Below are positions 43,094 through 53,046 of a stretch of 64,000 nt of DNA, in pieces. The stretch covers positions 224,001 to 288,000 of the forward strand of contig OY762897.2 in the NCBI GenBank assembly GCA_963666515.2, read 5' to 3'. Numbering within the stretch: position 1 is the stretch's first letter; every line of letters begins with the position of its first letter. This stretch comes from Candidatus Binatia bacterium. Lineage in GTDB: Bacteria; Desulfobacterota; Binatia; UBA9968; JAJDTQ01. The notes under the pieces are model-generated. The model searched no databases, was not told the DNA's origin, and saw only the letters and a list, made by a program, of their open reading frames with translations. The position numbers were made by a program, and so were the translations under genes.

Positions 43094-44011
43094 CTAGTGG
43101 GCCGACTGCTGGACGTCCAGGTTCACCAGCTCGGTGGCGGCCTCGTTCTCGGCGAGCATGCCCCAGCTCTTGATCCAGGCGGCGGTGCGCTCCAGCTCTT
43201 CCGCGGGGATCGGCGCCGGATCCACCACCACGATGCGGCTCTCGCGCAGCTCGTCGGCGCGGATGGCGGCGATCTCCGGGTCGTCGCTGTGGTAGTCGAT
43301 GAAGTACTGCATGTACTTCTTCTTGTCGGCGTTGACGCGGCGCACGGCCTCGCGCACGGCGCGGTTGAACATGGCGTAGGTCTCGGCGTCCACGTTGTCG
43401 GACGCGACCTCGGTGCCGTGGAGAGAAGCGGAGACGACGATGCGGCAACCCTTCTTCTCCGCCAGCGTGAGGTACGGCTCGGTCAGCGGCGTGGACTCGA
43501 TCTCTCCCTTCATCACCGACTCCAGGCGATAGCGGGAACCGCGCGGCGCCTGGCAGAGATTGATCTGGTCCCGGGTGAGGAAGCCCTCGAGCATGTGCAG
43601 GGTCAGGTAGTGGGTGCCGAAGTAGAACGGCACGCCCACCAGCTTGTTGGCGAGCTGCTGGGCCGTGTAGACCTCCGAATCGGGCCTCACCACCAGTCCG
43701 GCGTAGGCGATGATGGAGCGCCGGCCGATCTGCCGTCCGGCGTCGACCGCGGAGTCCTGCACGCGGCAGTAGTTGCCCCACTCACAGGCGTTGTACATGT
43801 CGGCCTTGCCCTGCTCGAAGAGCATGCCGTGGCTGGCGTGAGGATCCGCCTGCTCGGGGCGGGTCACGTCGGTATGCGTATTCTTGTCGCCCGGGCCCCG
43901 GTCGGCGAACTCGATCTCCAGCCCTTCCTTCTCGAACAGGCCCTCGTTGTAGGCCACCAGCTCGCACAGACCCTGAAACGGCGCGGTGCTCTCAAGAACC
44001 AGCTTTTTCAT
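43094..44011 (-). CDS. NMT1/TauA-like substrate-binding-fold protein without a signal peptide
   Basis: VAYNEGLFEKEGLEIEF, QLANKLVGV, EPY...AEKKG. GGAGAG RBS before ATG 44011. Confidence 0.7.
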   Translation of the reverse strand: MKKLVLESTAPFQGLCELVAYNEGLFEKEGLEIEFADRGPGDKNTHTDVTRPEQADPHASHGMLFEQGKADMYNACEWGNYCRVQDSAVDAGRQIGRRSIIAYAGLVVRPDSEVYTAQQLANKLVGVPFYFGTHYLTLHMLEGFLTRDQINLCQAPRGSRYRLESVMKGEIESTPLTEPYLTLAEKKGCRIVVSASLHGTEVASDNVDAETYAMFNRAVREAVRRVNADKKKYMQYFIDYHSDDPEIAAIRADELRESRIVVVDPAPIPAEELERTAAWIKSWGMLAENEAATELVNLDVQQSAH

Positions 44012-44262
44012 GGTGCTCTCCTTGCGTGAAAGTTTTGTGTATTTGCGGGCTTGCGACAGAAAATCGCGTTGTTCAACCGTTGGACTAGCACAATTCGCCG
44101 CCGGATGGCAAGGGCGACGGCCTAGCCGAGAGGTTCCCCGCAACCGCCCGCACCTTGTCTCCGCGCCGGGCTTCGTGCCACACTGCCACCGTGCCCCAAT
44201 CCTCACCCCCACAGCCGGATGCAGCAGCGGGAGAAACCCGGGAGAGCCGGTCTCTCAAGGAC

Positions 44263-45495
44263 GTGAAGCAGTCCGGGGTGTCCTTCGGCGCGCTCCGGCA
44301 GCCTCACTTCCGCGCCTACTTCTCCTTCACCATGCTGGCCATGATGGCCGACAACATCGAGCACGTGATCAGCTACTGGGTGATCTACGACCTGTTCCGG
44401 TGGGAACAGTTGCAGGGGTTCGCGGTCATCAGCCACTGGTCGCCGTTCCTGCTGCTGTCGTGGTACGTGGGCCTTCTGTCGGACCGCTTCGATTGCCGGC
44501 GCGTGATCCAGTGGGCGATGATCCTCTATTTCGTCCTCACCGTCGCCTGGGCGTACTTCATCATCACCGGGACCCTCACGGTCTGGCGCGCCTGCGCGCT
44601 GCTGGTGGTGCACGGCGTCGCCGGAGTCTTGTGGAGCCCCGGCAGTCAGCTCATCCTCCACGACATGGTCGGACCGGAACATCTCCAGAGCGCGGTCCGC
44701 CTCAGCGCCACCAGCCGGCAGTTGGGCATCCTCGCGGGGCCCGCCGTGGGGGGGTACATGATGCAGTGGATGGGGGCGGCGTGGGGCCTCGTGGTCAACG
44801 CACTCTTCTACATTCCCCTGACCCTGTGGCTTTCGCGGGTCCCCTATACCGGACGCCGCGCCCACGAGGTCCAGGCGCGGCGCGTCACCTGGGCCCGGGC
44901 GCTGGAGGCCTTGAGGGAGGCCCGGAGCAACCGCGTCATCGTCTCCATGGTCTGCCTGGTGGGGTTGTCCTCGCTGGTGGTGGGCAATGCCTTCCAGGCG
45001 CAGATGCCGGGGTTCGCCATCAACCTCGGCGTCGGGGAGGCGGGCTACAGCGTCCTGCTCGCCGCCAACGGCGCCGGCGCCTTCGTGAGCGGCGTCCTGC
45101 TGGAGAGCCGGGGCTTCCTCCAGGCCCGGGCGCGCACCGCCATCGTGCTGGCCTTCCTCTGGTGCGCCGCGTTGGGCATGTTCGCGTTCACGTCCCACTA
45201 CTATCTCGCGGTGGCGCTCCTGTTCGCCGCCGGCTTCCTCAACCTGGCCTACCTGACCATGTCCCAGACCCTGGTCCAACTCGTCTCGCCAGCTCATCTG
45301 CGCGGCCAGTTGATCGGTCTCTTCATCATGTCCGGCCTCGGGCTCCGCACCTTCAGCGGCGTCACCGTGGGCATCGCCGGCGGATACATCGGCATCCGCT
45401 GGTCCCTGGGGCTGAGTTGCGCCTTCCTTCTGGCGATCATGCTGTTGCTGCTGGCGGTCACCGTCAGGGCTCCAGGGAGTGAGATGGGCGACTGA
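44263..45495 (+). CDS. MFS transporter
   Basis: FGALRQPHFRAY, GLLSDRFDCRR, about 12 TM segments. Start uncertain (44155-44278). Confidence 0.85.
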   Translation: MKQSGVSFGALRQPHFRAYFSFTMLAMMADNIEHVISYWVIYDLFRWEQLQGFAVISHWSPFLLLSWYVGLLSDRFDCRRVIQWAMILYFVLTVAWAYFIITGTLTVWRACALLVVHGVAGVLWSPGSQLILHDMVGPEHLQSAVRLSATSRQLGILAGPAVGGYMMQWMGAAWGLVVNALFYIPLTLWLSRVPYTGRRAHEVQARRVTWARALEALREARSNRVIVSMVCLVGLSSLVVGNAFQAQMPGFAINLGVGEAGYSVLLAANGAGAFVSGVLLESRGFLQARARTAIVLAFLWCAALGMFAFTSHYYLAVALLFAAGFLNLAYLTMSQTLVQLVSPAHLRGQLIGLFIMSGLGLRTFSGVTVGIAGGYIGIRWSLGLSCAFLLAIMLLLLAVTVRAPGSEMGD

Positions 45496-45541
45496 CGCAG
45501 GCCGGGCTCCCGGCAGGCAGGGAATCGCGAATGGCAGGTGG

Positions 45542-46024
45542 ATGAACATGGTGGCGAAGAAGACCCTGTATCTGGCCAACCCCTACGGCTTCTCCGCGCA
45601 GCAGCGCGAGGGGCCGCTGGCGGCGCTGAGCGCGGCGCTGGAATCGCTGGGGCTGGAGGTGTGGGAGCCGTTCGCGCGCAATAACCAGGTGGACAAGGCC
45701 AGGGCCGGCTGGGCCTACCGCATCGGGCAGGCCGACCTGAGCGACGTACGCGATGCGGACGGCCTGTTCGCCGTGGTCAACGGTTGTCCGCCGGACGAGG
45801 GCGTCATGGTGGAGCTGGGCATGGCCATCGCGTGGGGGAAGCCGATCTTTCTCTTCCGGGACGACTTTCGCCGCTGCACCGACAGCGAGGCATACCCCTT
45901 GAACCTGATGGTGTTCAGCGGCCTTCCCGAGGTTGGATGGGAGGCCTGCTGGTACACTTCTGTGGAGGAGATCGGCGATCCCGACAAGGCGCTGGCGCGG
46001 TGGGTGAGGGAGCGGAGCGGCTAA
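45542..46024 (+). CDS. Nucleoside 2-deoxyribosyltransferase family protein
   Basis: YLANPYGF, D..DV..AD, PDEGVMVELG (catalytic Glu), NLM. Confidence 0.85.
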   Translation: MNMVAKKTLYLANPYGFSAQQREGPLAALSAALESLGLEVWEPFARNNQVDKARAGWAYRIGQADLSDVRDADGLFAVVNGCPPDEGVMVELGMAIAWGKPIFLFRDDFRRCTDSEAYPLNLMVFSGLPEVGWEACWYTSVEEIGDPDKALARWVRERSG

Positions 46025-46047
46025 CGTCAAGCGGTCCGTGTCCGAAG

Positions 46048-46077
46048 TTGACACTGTGTCGGTTGGTAGACTAGACT
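46048..46077 (+). promoter_or_regulatory. Putative sigma70 promoter of the partner-switching operon
   Basis: TTGACA-18-TAGACT. Confidence 0.55.
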
Positions 46078-46164
46078 ATCATTGACGGTGTATGTAAACG
46101 GGTTTCGTCGGCCCGAGCCACTCATGGCAAGTTCCGAAATGATTCTCGCAAGTGGAAAGGCTTC

Positions 46165-46605
46165 ATGAAGGCGGCGCTTCCCCGGCTTTCGCTCGACCTC
46201 GAGCCCGAGCTTTCATCCGCCCTCAAGGAATTGGCCGAGGCGGTAGCCCGCTTCGGGGAGGCCAATTCTCTTTCGCAGGCGCAGATTCACAACCTGAGCC
46301 TTGCGCTGGACGAGTTGGCGACCAACACGATCTCGTACGGTTTCGCCGATGTCGACCGGCAGGAACTTCGGGTGGAGTTGCGCATCGAGGACGACCAGAT
46401 CGTGGCGCAACTGGACGACACGGGAATACCGTTCAATCCGTTCGAGGAAGCCGCGGTACCGGACGTGCACGCCTCCATCGACGACCGGCCCATCGGCGGC
46501 CTCGGCGTGTTCCTGACCAAGACCCTGTTCCCGAACCCGGACTACGAGCGGACCGACGGATTCAACCGTATTACTTTGCGCGCACCTGTGAAAGGAGACA
46601 GTTGA
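46165..46605 (+). CDS. RsbW/SpoIIAB-like anti-sigma Ser kinase
   Basis: LALDELATNTISYG, DDTGIPFNP, IGGLGVFL. Confidence 0.9.
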   Translation: MKAALPRLSLDLEPELSSALKELAEAVARFGEANSLSQAQIHNLSLALDELATNTISYGFADVDRQELRVELRIEDDQIVAQLDDTGIPFNPFEEAAVPDVHASIDDRPIGGLGVFLTKTLFPNPDYERTDGFNRITLRAPVKGDS

Positions 46606-46955
46606 TGGCAAACGGAAGCGTTTTGGATCTGAGTACGGAGACGGACGGCGACACCACGGTGGTCGTACCCACCGGCCGTATCGACGGCAGCACCGCCAGC
46701 CCGTTCCAGGAGGCGCTCCTCAAGCTGATCGAGGAAGGCAAGGGTTCGCTCGTAGTCGATTTCGAGAACATCGAATACATCAGCAGCGCCGGACTCCGGG
46801 TCCTCCTGCTGGCGGCCAAGCAGCTTCAGGCCGGCGGCAGAAAGATCGTGCTCTGCGCCATGCGGGACCACATTGCCGAGGTGTTCAAGATCAGCGGCTT
46901 CAGCGAGATCCTGGCGATTCACCCCACCCGTCAGGACGCGATCAACGCAGGCTGA
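46605..46955 (+). CDS. STAS-domain anti-anti-sigma factor (RsbV/SpoIIAA-like)
   Basis: GRID, VDF..IEYISSAGLRVL (phospho-Ser site), VFKISGF. TGATG overlap. Confidence 0.92.
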   Translation: MANGSVLDLSTETDGDTTVVVPTGRIDGSTASPFQEALLKLIEEGKGSLVVDFENIEYISSAGLRVLLLAAKQLQAGGRKIVLCAMRDHIAEVFKISGFSEILAIHPTRQDAINAG

Positions 46956-46956
46956 C

Positions 46957-48165
46957 ATGGAAGAAATCGAAGAATCCGGTTCCGCCGCCTCCGAGGCCGC
47001 TTCCGACGGCGAGCCCATCAAGATCCTGGTCGTGGACGACGAGGTGGACCTGGAGTCCCTGGTCCTCCAGAAGTTCCGCCGGCGCATCCGCAGGAAGGAG
47101 CTGGAGTTCGACTTCGCCCATAACGGCAAGGAGGCCATGGAAAAGCTCGACCAGGACGGCGATATCTCGATGGTCATCTCGGATATCAACATGCCGGTCA
47201 TGGACGGCCTCGCGCTCCTGAAGCAGCTCAACGAGAGCAAACCCGACATCCGCTCCGTCATCGTGTCCGCCTACGGCGACATGAACAACATCCGCACCGC
47301 GATGAACCGGGGCGCGTTCGATTTCGTCACCAAGCCGGTCGACTTCAACGATCTCGAGATCACCATCGACAAGACCCTGAAGCACCTAGCCCTGGTGCGG
47401 GAGGCGTTGTCCAACCGGGACCAGTTGGTGGCCCTCGGCCACGAGCTGGACGTCGCCAAGGACATGCAGATGTCGGTGCTGCCCCGGCGCTTTCCTGCCA
47501 CCGACCGCTACACGACCCACGGCCTCATGGTCCCGGCCAAGGAGGTAGGCGGCGACTTCTACGATTTCTTCACTCTGGGGGAGGACAAGATCGGGGTGGC
47601 CATCGGCGACGTGTCCGGAAAGGGCATTCCCGCCGCCCTCTTCATGATGGCTTGCCGCACCCTGCTGCGGAGCCGCGCCCTGGAGGGCGGAGCCCCTGAC
47701 AAGTGCCTCGGCTACGTCAACGACCTGCTGTCGGAGGACAACGAAAACTGCACGTTCGTGACCCTCTTCTACGGTGTCCTCGACACCGGAACCGGTGTCT
47801 TCGAGTTCTGCAACGGCGGTCACAATCCCCCTCGGGTGGTCCACAAGGACGGGCAGGTCGGCGCCCTGCCCACCACCCGCGACCTGGCCCTGGGCGTGCT
47901 TCCCGGCCACACGTTCAACCACGACAGCCTCCAGCTCGACGGCGGCGACGTGCTGTTCTTCTACACGGACGGCGTCACCGAGGCCGAAGGCCCGGGCTTG
48001 GAGGAGTTCGGCGAAGAACGTCTCGACGCCTTGCTGGCCAAGATCGACCAGGCCGACTGCGAGCAGGTGACCTCGCTGGTGCTCGACCACGTCAGGGAAT
48101 TCGCCGGCGAGAATCCGCAGTCGGACGACATCACCTGCGTGGCCCTGCGCTACAACGGGAGCTAA
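46957..48165 (+). CDS. Receiver-PP2C/SpoIIE phosphatase (RsbU-like)
   Basis: REC domain: VVDDE, SDINMP, KP. PP2C domain: GGDFYD, DVSGKG, TDGVTEA, DDIT. Confidence 0.93.
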   Translation: MEEIEESGSAASEAASDGEPIKILVVDDEVDLESLVLQKFRRRIRRKELEFDFAHNGKEAMEKLDQDGDISMVISDINMPVMDGLALLKQLNESKPDIRSVIVSAYGDMNNIRTAMNRGAFDFVTKPVDFNDLEITIDKTLKHLALVREALSNRDQLVALGHELDVAKDMQMSVLPRRFPATDRYTTHGLMVPAKEVGGDFYDFFTLGEDKIGVAIGDVSGKGIPAALFMMACRTLLRSRALEGGAPDKCLGYVNDLLSEDNENCTFVTLFYGVLDTGTGVFEFCNGGHNPPRVVHKDGQVGALPTTRDLALGVLPGHTFNHDSLQLDGGDVLFFYTDGVTEAEGPGLEEFGEERLDALLAKIDQADCEQVTSLVLDHVREFAGENPQSDDITCVALRYNGS

Positions 48166-48172
48166 CCTGCCT

Positions 48173-49414
48173 GTGCCCGCGCAGCCGGATCGCACAGCCC
48201 CCCATCGCCAGGAGTTGAAGTTCGTGAACGGGCTTGCGCGGCTTGCCGCGGTGGTGCTGCTCGTGGCGGCTATATCGCCGGCCGCCGCCGCGCAGACCCC
48301 CCCGCCGGGTTTGGCCGCCACGGGCGTCGGTCCGGAGAGCGTGGTATTCGGCCAGTCCTGCGCCCTGAGCGGACCGGCCAAGGCCTTGGGCGAAGGGATG
48401 CGGCTGGGCATCAAGGCCGCGTTCGAGGAGGTGAATCGCGCCGGCGGCGTCCACGGCCGTCTTTTGCGCCTCACCACCCTTGACGACCGTTACGAGCCCG
48501 AGGCGGCCATCGCCAACACCGTCCGGCTCATCGACGAGGAACGGGTCTTCGCGCTCATTGGCGCGGTGGGCACGCCGACGTCGAAGGCGGCGGAGCCCAT
48601 AGCGACCGAGAAGGGCGTCCCCTACGTCGGCGCGTTCACCGGCGCGGAGTTCCTGCGCGACGCCCGGCAACGCCCCACCGTCATCAACGTGCGCGCCTCC
48701 TACTACCAGGAGACCGAGGAGATGGTGGAGCGGCTCACCCGTGACCTCGGAGTGAAGCGCATCGGCATCCTGTACCAGGACGACTCCTACGGCCGCGCGG
48801 GGCTTTCGGGCACGCTTCGGGCGCTGCAACGGCGCGGCATGACGCTGGCCGTGGAGGCGACCTATCCGCGCAATACCCGCGCCGTCAAGACTGCGGTGCT
48901 GGACTTGAGGCTCGGCAACCCCGAGGCGGTCATCATCGTGGGCGCCTACCAGCCGGTGGCGACGTTCATCAAGTGGTCCCGGCGCCTCGGTTTCAATCCC
49001 GTCTTCGTGAACATCTCCTTCGTGGGCAGCTCCGCGCTGGCACACGCCCTGGGCGCCTCGGGCAAAGGCGTCATCGTCACCCAGGTGGTCCCGTTTCCCC
49101 ACGACAAGCGGATTCCCGTCGTCAGCCAATACCATGAGGCGCTTCGCGCCGTCGCCGTCGACGCCGAGCCCGGCTTCGTTTCCCTCGAAGGATACCTGAC
49201 GGGACGGGTGGCGGTGGAGGCGTTGCGCCGGGCGGGAACCGACCCCAGCCGCGAGGGGTTCATCTCCGCCCTTCAGAAGGCCGGCGCCCTGGACCTCGGC
49301 GGCTTCGTGCTGCGCTACGGAGAGTCCGACAACCAGGGCTCCGATCGGGTTTACCTGACCGTGATCGACGATTCCGAAGGGTTTCGCTCGATCCGGCGCG
49401 TGGAGCGGCCTTGA
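48173..49414 (+). CDS. Periplasmic binding protein type 1 (LivJ/AmiC-like)
   Basis: Signal peptide, GQSCALSGP, N.AGGVHGR, DDRYEP, VGTPT, RASY, QDDSYG. Confidence 0.88.
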   Translation: MPAQPDRTAPHRQELKFVNGLARLAAVVLLVAAISPAAAAQTPPPGLAATGVGPESVVFGQSCALSGPAKALGEGMRLGIKAAFEEVNRAGGVHGRLLRLTTLDDRYEPEAAIANTVRLIDEERVFALIGAVGTPTSKAAEPIATEKGVPYVGAFTGAEFLRDARQRPTVINVRASYYQETEEMVERLTRDLGVKRIGILYQDDSYGRAGLSGTLRALQRRGMTLAVEATYPRNTRAVKTAVLDLRLGNPEAVIIVGAYQPVATFIKWSRRLGFNPVFVNISFVGSSALAHALGASGKGVIVTQVVPFPHDKRIPVVSQYHEALRAVAVDAEPGFVSLEGYLTGRVAVEALRRAGTDPSREGFISALQKAGALDLGGFVLRYGESDNQGSDRVYLTVIDDSEGFRSIRRVERP

Positions 49415-51564
49415 GTCTCGCGGACATTTTCCAGCGGTTCGAGAACCGGCGCATCGGCCTTGGGGTCAAGATGTACGCCGCCTTCGGCGTGGGCGTGCTG
49501 CTGATGCTGGCGGCCAGCGCAGTGGCCCTGGTGGCGTTCGGGGTCGTGAGCAATTCGCAGCGCCACATCACCGAACACAGCGTGCCCAGCCTGGTGGCGG
49601 CGATCCGGGCGGCGCAGCACAGCTCGGCCCTCGTCGACGTGGCGCCTCGCATCGTCGCAGCTTCGTCCGAAGCCGAGCTGGACGAGGTCCGGGCGGCCAT
49701 TGCCAAGGAAAAGGAGCTGCTCGACGGGCTCTTCACGGAACTTCAGCGACACGGCTCTCTGAAAGGTCATGAACAGGCGCCCGCACTTCGCGCGCTCTCG
49801 GAGGCGCTGACTACGACGCTGGAGACGATCGAGAAATCGTCCTCGCGGCGGCGGGCGTTCCAGCGTCGCCTGGACGCCCGGGAAGCCGAGATCCCGGTGA
49901 TGACCCGACAGATCGAACGTGTCCTGGTGCCCGAGATCGACGACCAGCAGTTCTTTCTCGCCACCGGCCTGAGGGAGATCGGCGACCGGCCGGCGCCGCC
50001 CGAGGAGCACACGTCCTACGCCGAGCTGGTGCGCTACCGGGATCTGCTGACGCTGCACACACAGGCCAACTTGGCCGCGAGGCTGCTTGCGGAGGCCGCG
50101 GTGTTGAGCGACCGCACCCTGATCCAGCCCCTCCGGGAGCGCTACAACGCCGCGGTCGGTTCTTTCGAGCGCGCGTTCCGATCGAGCGAGTCCCACGCTT
50201 CCCCAACCCGGATGCTCGACTTCGAGTTCGAACGGCTCAAGTCCCTGGGGCACGGTCCCGAAGGGATTTTCGGGCTCCAGGAAACGATCTTGAGAGAGGC
50301 GGAGTTGGAGGCCCGTTACATCGAGGAGAACCGGGCCACAGCAGCCAGGCTGCTGGCGGCCATGGACCAGGTGGTGGCGGTGGCGGACCGCGAGGCGAGC
50401 GAGGGCAGCCGGGCCTCCGCGTCGGCCCTCAACGCCGGCCTGATGAGGCTGGTGTTGCTCAACGTGTTGAACGTCATAGGCGCCGTCGTGTTCGGGTGGA
50501 TCTTCGTGGGCCGCTACCTGATCCGACGCCTGACCGGGCTGGCCGCGTCCATGCAGACCATGGCCGAGGGCAACCTCGAGGTGCCGGTGGAGATACGGGG
50601 CAACGACGAGGTGACCGACATGGCGAAGGCGCTGGAGGTGTTCCGGCGCCATGCCCTGGAAGTGCAGCGGCTCAACCTGGTGGAGAAGCTGGCGGACGAG
50701 TTGAAGGACAAGAATGCGGAGCTGGAGCAGACGCTCGAGGACCTGAAGACCGCGCAAAACCAAGTCATCATGCAGGAGAAGCTGGCGTCCCTGGGACAGC
50801 TAACCGCCGGCATCGCCCACGAGATCAAGAACCCGCTGAATTTCGTGAACAACTTCTCGGACGTTTCCGGCGAGCTGATCGAGGAGGTGCGGGAAGTGCT
50901 GGGCGAGGTCCGTGAACAGGTCCCTGACGATGCGCGTGAAGAGATCGAAGGGATTCTCGACGACCTGACCTCCAATCTCCAGAAGATCAACCAGCACGGC
51001 AAGCGCGCCGACGGCATCGTCCACAGCATGCTGGAGCACTCGCGCGGCCAGTCGGGCGAACGCCGCGCGGTGGACCTGAACGCGCTGCTCAAGCAGTACG
51101 CCGACCTCGCCTACCACGCCATGCGCGCCAAGGACCAGAAGTTCAACGTGACCTGGGAAGAAGAGCTCGACAGCGGCATGGGAGAGATCGAGGTGATTCC
51201 CCAGGACCTGAGCCGCGTTTTCCTCAACCTCATCACCAACGCCTGCCAGGCCACCTTCGAACGGGCCAGGTCCGACGGCGACTATGAGCCGCGGATACGG
51301 TTGTCGAGCAAGCGCGAAGACGACGTGGCCGAGTTCCGCATCCGGGACAACGGCCCCGGCATTCCGCAAGACCTGATCAACAAGATATTCGAGCCTTTCG
51401 TCACCACCAAGCCAACCGGCGAGGGCACCGGACTCGGCCTGTCCCTCTCCCAGGACATCGTGGCCCAGCACGGCGGCCACTTGGGCGTGGAGTCGGAGCC
51501 CGGAGTGTTCACGGAGTTCCGCATCACGATCCCCACCGAAGGCGCGGCGCCCGCGGGCGGGTAG
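49411..51564 (+). CDS. Membrane sensor histidine kinase (large helical TorS-like periplasmic domain, HAMP)
   Basis: Two TM segments, HAMP (G.DEV..MA.A...F), AHEIKNP, NLITNA, DNGPG, GTGLGL. Confidence 0.9.
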   Translation: MSLADIFQRFENRRIGLGVKMYAAFGVGVLLMLAASAVALVAFGVVSNSQRHITEHSVPSLVAAIRAAQHSSALVDVAPRIVAASSEAELDEVRAAIAKEKELLDGLFTELQRHGSLKGHEQAPALRALSEALTTTLETIEKSSSRRRAFQRRLDAREAEIPVMTRQIERVLVPEIDDQQFFLATGLREIGDRPAPPEEHTSYAELVRYRDLLTLHTQANLAARLLAEAAVLSDRTLIQPLRERYNAAVGSFERAFRSSESHASPTRMLDFEFERLKSLGHGPEGIFGLQETILREAELEARYIEENRATAARLLAAMDQVVAVADREASEGSRASASALNAGLMRLVLLNVLNVIGAVVFGWIFVGRYLIRRLTGLAASMQTMAEGNLEVPVEIRGNDEVTDMAKALEVFRRHALEVQRLNLVEKLADELKDKNAELEQTLEDLKTAQNQVIMQEKLASLGQLTAGIAHEIKNPLNFVNNFSDVSGELIEEVREVLGEVREQVPDDAREEIEGILDDLTSNLQKINQHGKRADGIVHSMLEHSRGQSGERRAVDLNALLKQYADLAYHAMRAKDQKFNVTWEEELDSGMGEIEVIPQDLSRVFLNLITNACQATFERARSDGDYEPRIRLSSKREDDVAEFRIRDNGPGIPQDLINKIFEPFVTTKPTGEGTGLGLSLSQDIVAQHGGHLGVESEPGVFTEFRITIPTEGAAPAGG

Positions 51565-51576
51565 CCGGCGTGCCCC

Positions 51577-53007
51577 TCAGCCGTTGTCGCGAATCGCGTC
51601 GACGTCGTCGGGATCGGGCATGAGCATGAACTCGGGATAGGCCTCGATGCCGAGCTCCCCGGCGTCCTGGCCGAGCTCTTCGACCGAGTACGAGACCCGC
51701 GCTCCCATGACCTGCTTCAGGCCCATCCACACGAGCCACGAGACCGCGAACGCGAACACGCCGATGGCGACGATGCCCAGAAGCTGGACGCCCAGGTGGC
51801 CGCCGGCCACGATGCACGTCGCCAGGGTCCCCCAGATGCCCGCGAACAGGTGCACCGGGATCGCGCCCACCACGTCGTCCACCTTGAGCACGTCCAGCAG
51901 CCTCAACCCGGCCACGCAGATGCCGCCGCCGACCGCGCCGATGATCACCGCCCAGTAGTGGGCGACGAAGTCGGGTCCGGCGGTGATGGACACCAGGCCC
52001 GCCAAGGCGCCGTTGAGCCCGGCCATCAGGTCGATCCGTCCGAGCAGGGGCCGCTCGATGACGAGGGCGACCAGGAATCCGGCGGCGCCGGCCAGGTTGG
52101 TGTTGACCAGGATGTGGCTGATGGCCACCGCGTCCGCGGCCCCGCCCAGGGCCAGTTGCGAGCCGCCGTTGAAACCGAACCACCCCAGCCACAGGATGAA
52201 CACCCCCAGGGTGACGATGGGGATGTTGGAGGGCGGCGTGGTCTTGACGCTGCCGTCGGCACGGAACTTGCCGCGCCGGGCCCCCACCACGATGGCCCCC
52301 GCCAGGGCCGCCCAGCCGCCGGTGGAATGGACGATGGTGGAGCCGGCGAAGTCCTTGAAGCCCATGGCGCCCAGCCATCCGCCGCCCCAGGTCCAGGCGC
52401 CGACGATGGGATAGAGGATGCCCGTCAGAAGAGCGACGAACACGAAGAAGGTCCAGAGCTTCACCCGCTCGGCCAGAGTGCCGGAAACGATGGACGCGGT
52501 GGTGGCCACGAACACCATCTGGAAGAACCAGTCCGACATGGTCGCGTAGTCGGACGACTTGAGGACGGCTTCCGCCGCCGCCGCCTTCGTCTTGTCGTCG
52601 GCGGCCATCAGGGCGATCTCTTCAGCGGTAGGGCCGTAGAGGGGGGTGAAGCTGCCGATCACGCTGCCGACGTCCACGTACATCAGGTTGTAGCCGATGA
52701 AGAAGTACATGATCCCGGCGATGGCGTAGAGGCCCATGTTCTTGAGGCAGATCATGGAGACGTTCTTCGTGCGCACGGAGCCCGACTCCAGCATGGTGAA
52801 GCCCGCGCACATCCACATCACGAGGGCGCCCCAGATGAGGAAGGAGAACGTGTTCAGGACGAATTGCGCCTCCTTGTCCAGGGCCGCCTCCGCTGCCGTG
52901 GCGAGCCAGAAAAAGCCCAACGCCGCCGCCAGCACTCCCGCGACGGCCAGACGGCCGAAGCGCCCGCCGAGGCCGGCAACCTTCGTGGAAAAGCCGTAAT
53001 CCCTCAT
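51577..53007 (-). CDS. amtB: Ammonium transporter
   Basis: GF.MLESG.VR.KN, FQMVF, AER, DFAGSTIVH, WFGFN, DD.VGAIPVH (both pore His present). Confidence 0.96.
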   Translation of the reverse strand: MRDYGFSTKVAGLGGRFGRLAVAGVLAAALGFFWLATAAEAALDKEAQFVLNTFSFLIWGALVMWMCAGFTMLESGSVRTKNVSMICLKNMGLYAIAGIMYFFIGYNLMYVDVGSVIGSFTPLYGPTAEEIALMAADDKTKAAAAEAVLKSSDYATMSDWFFQMVFVATTASIVSGTLAERVKLWTFFVFVALLTGILYPIVGAWTWGGGWLGAMGFKDFAGSTIVHSTGGWAALAGAIVVGARRGKFRADGSVKTTPPSNIPIVTLGVFILWLGWFGFNGGSQLALGGAADAVAISHILVNTNLAGAAGFLVALVIERPLLGRIDLMAGLNGALAGLVSITAGPDFVAHYWAVIIGAVGGGICVAGLRLLDVLKVDDVVGAIPVHLFAGIWGTLATCIVAGGHLGVQLLGIVAIGVFAFAVSWLVWMGLKQVMGARVSYSVEELGQDAGELGIEAYPEFMLMPDPDDVDAIRDNG

Positions 53008-53046
53008 GTCTGCGGTACCTCCGGTTTCATCGATTCGGGGAACCCA

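Noticed and set aside
46137-46152. Partial Fur-like box AAATGATTCTCGCAA
   Set aside because: Only about half matches the consensus.
52335-52345. 11-bp match to the tRNA-Ala 3' end (TGGTGGAGCCG) as a possible att site
   Set aside because: Too short, lies inside the conserved amtB FAGSTI codons, and there is no integrase.
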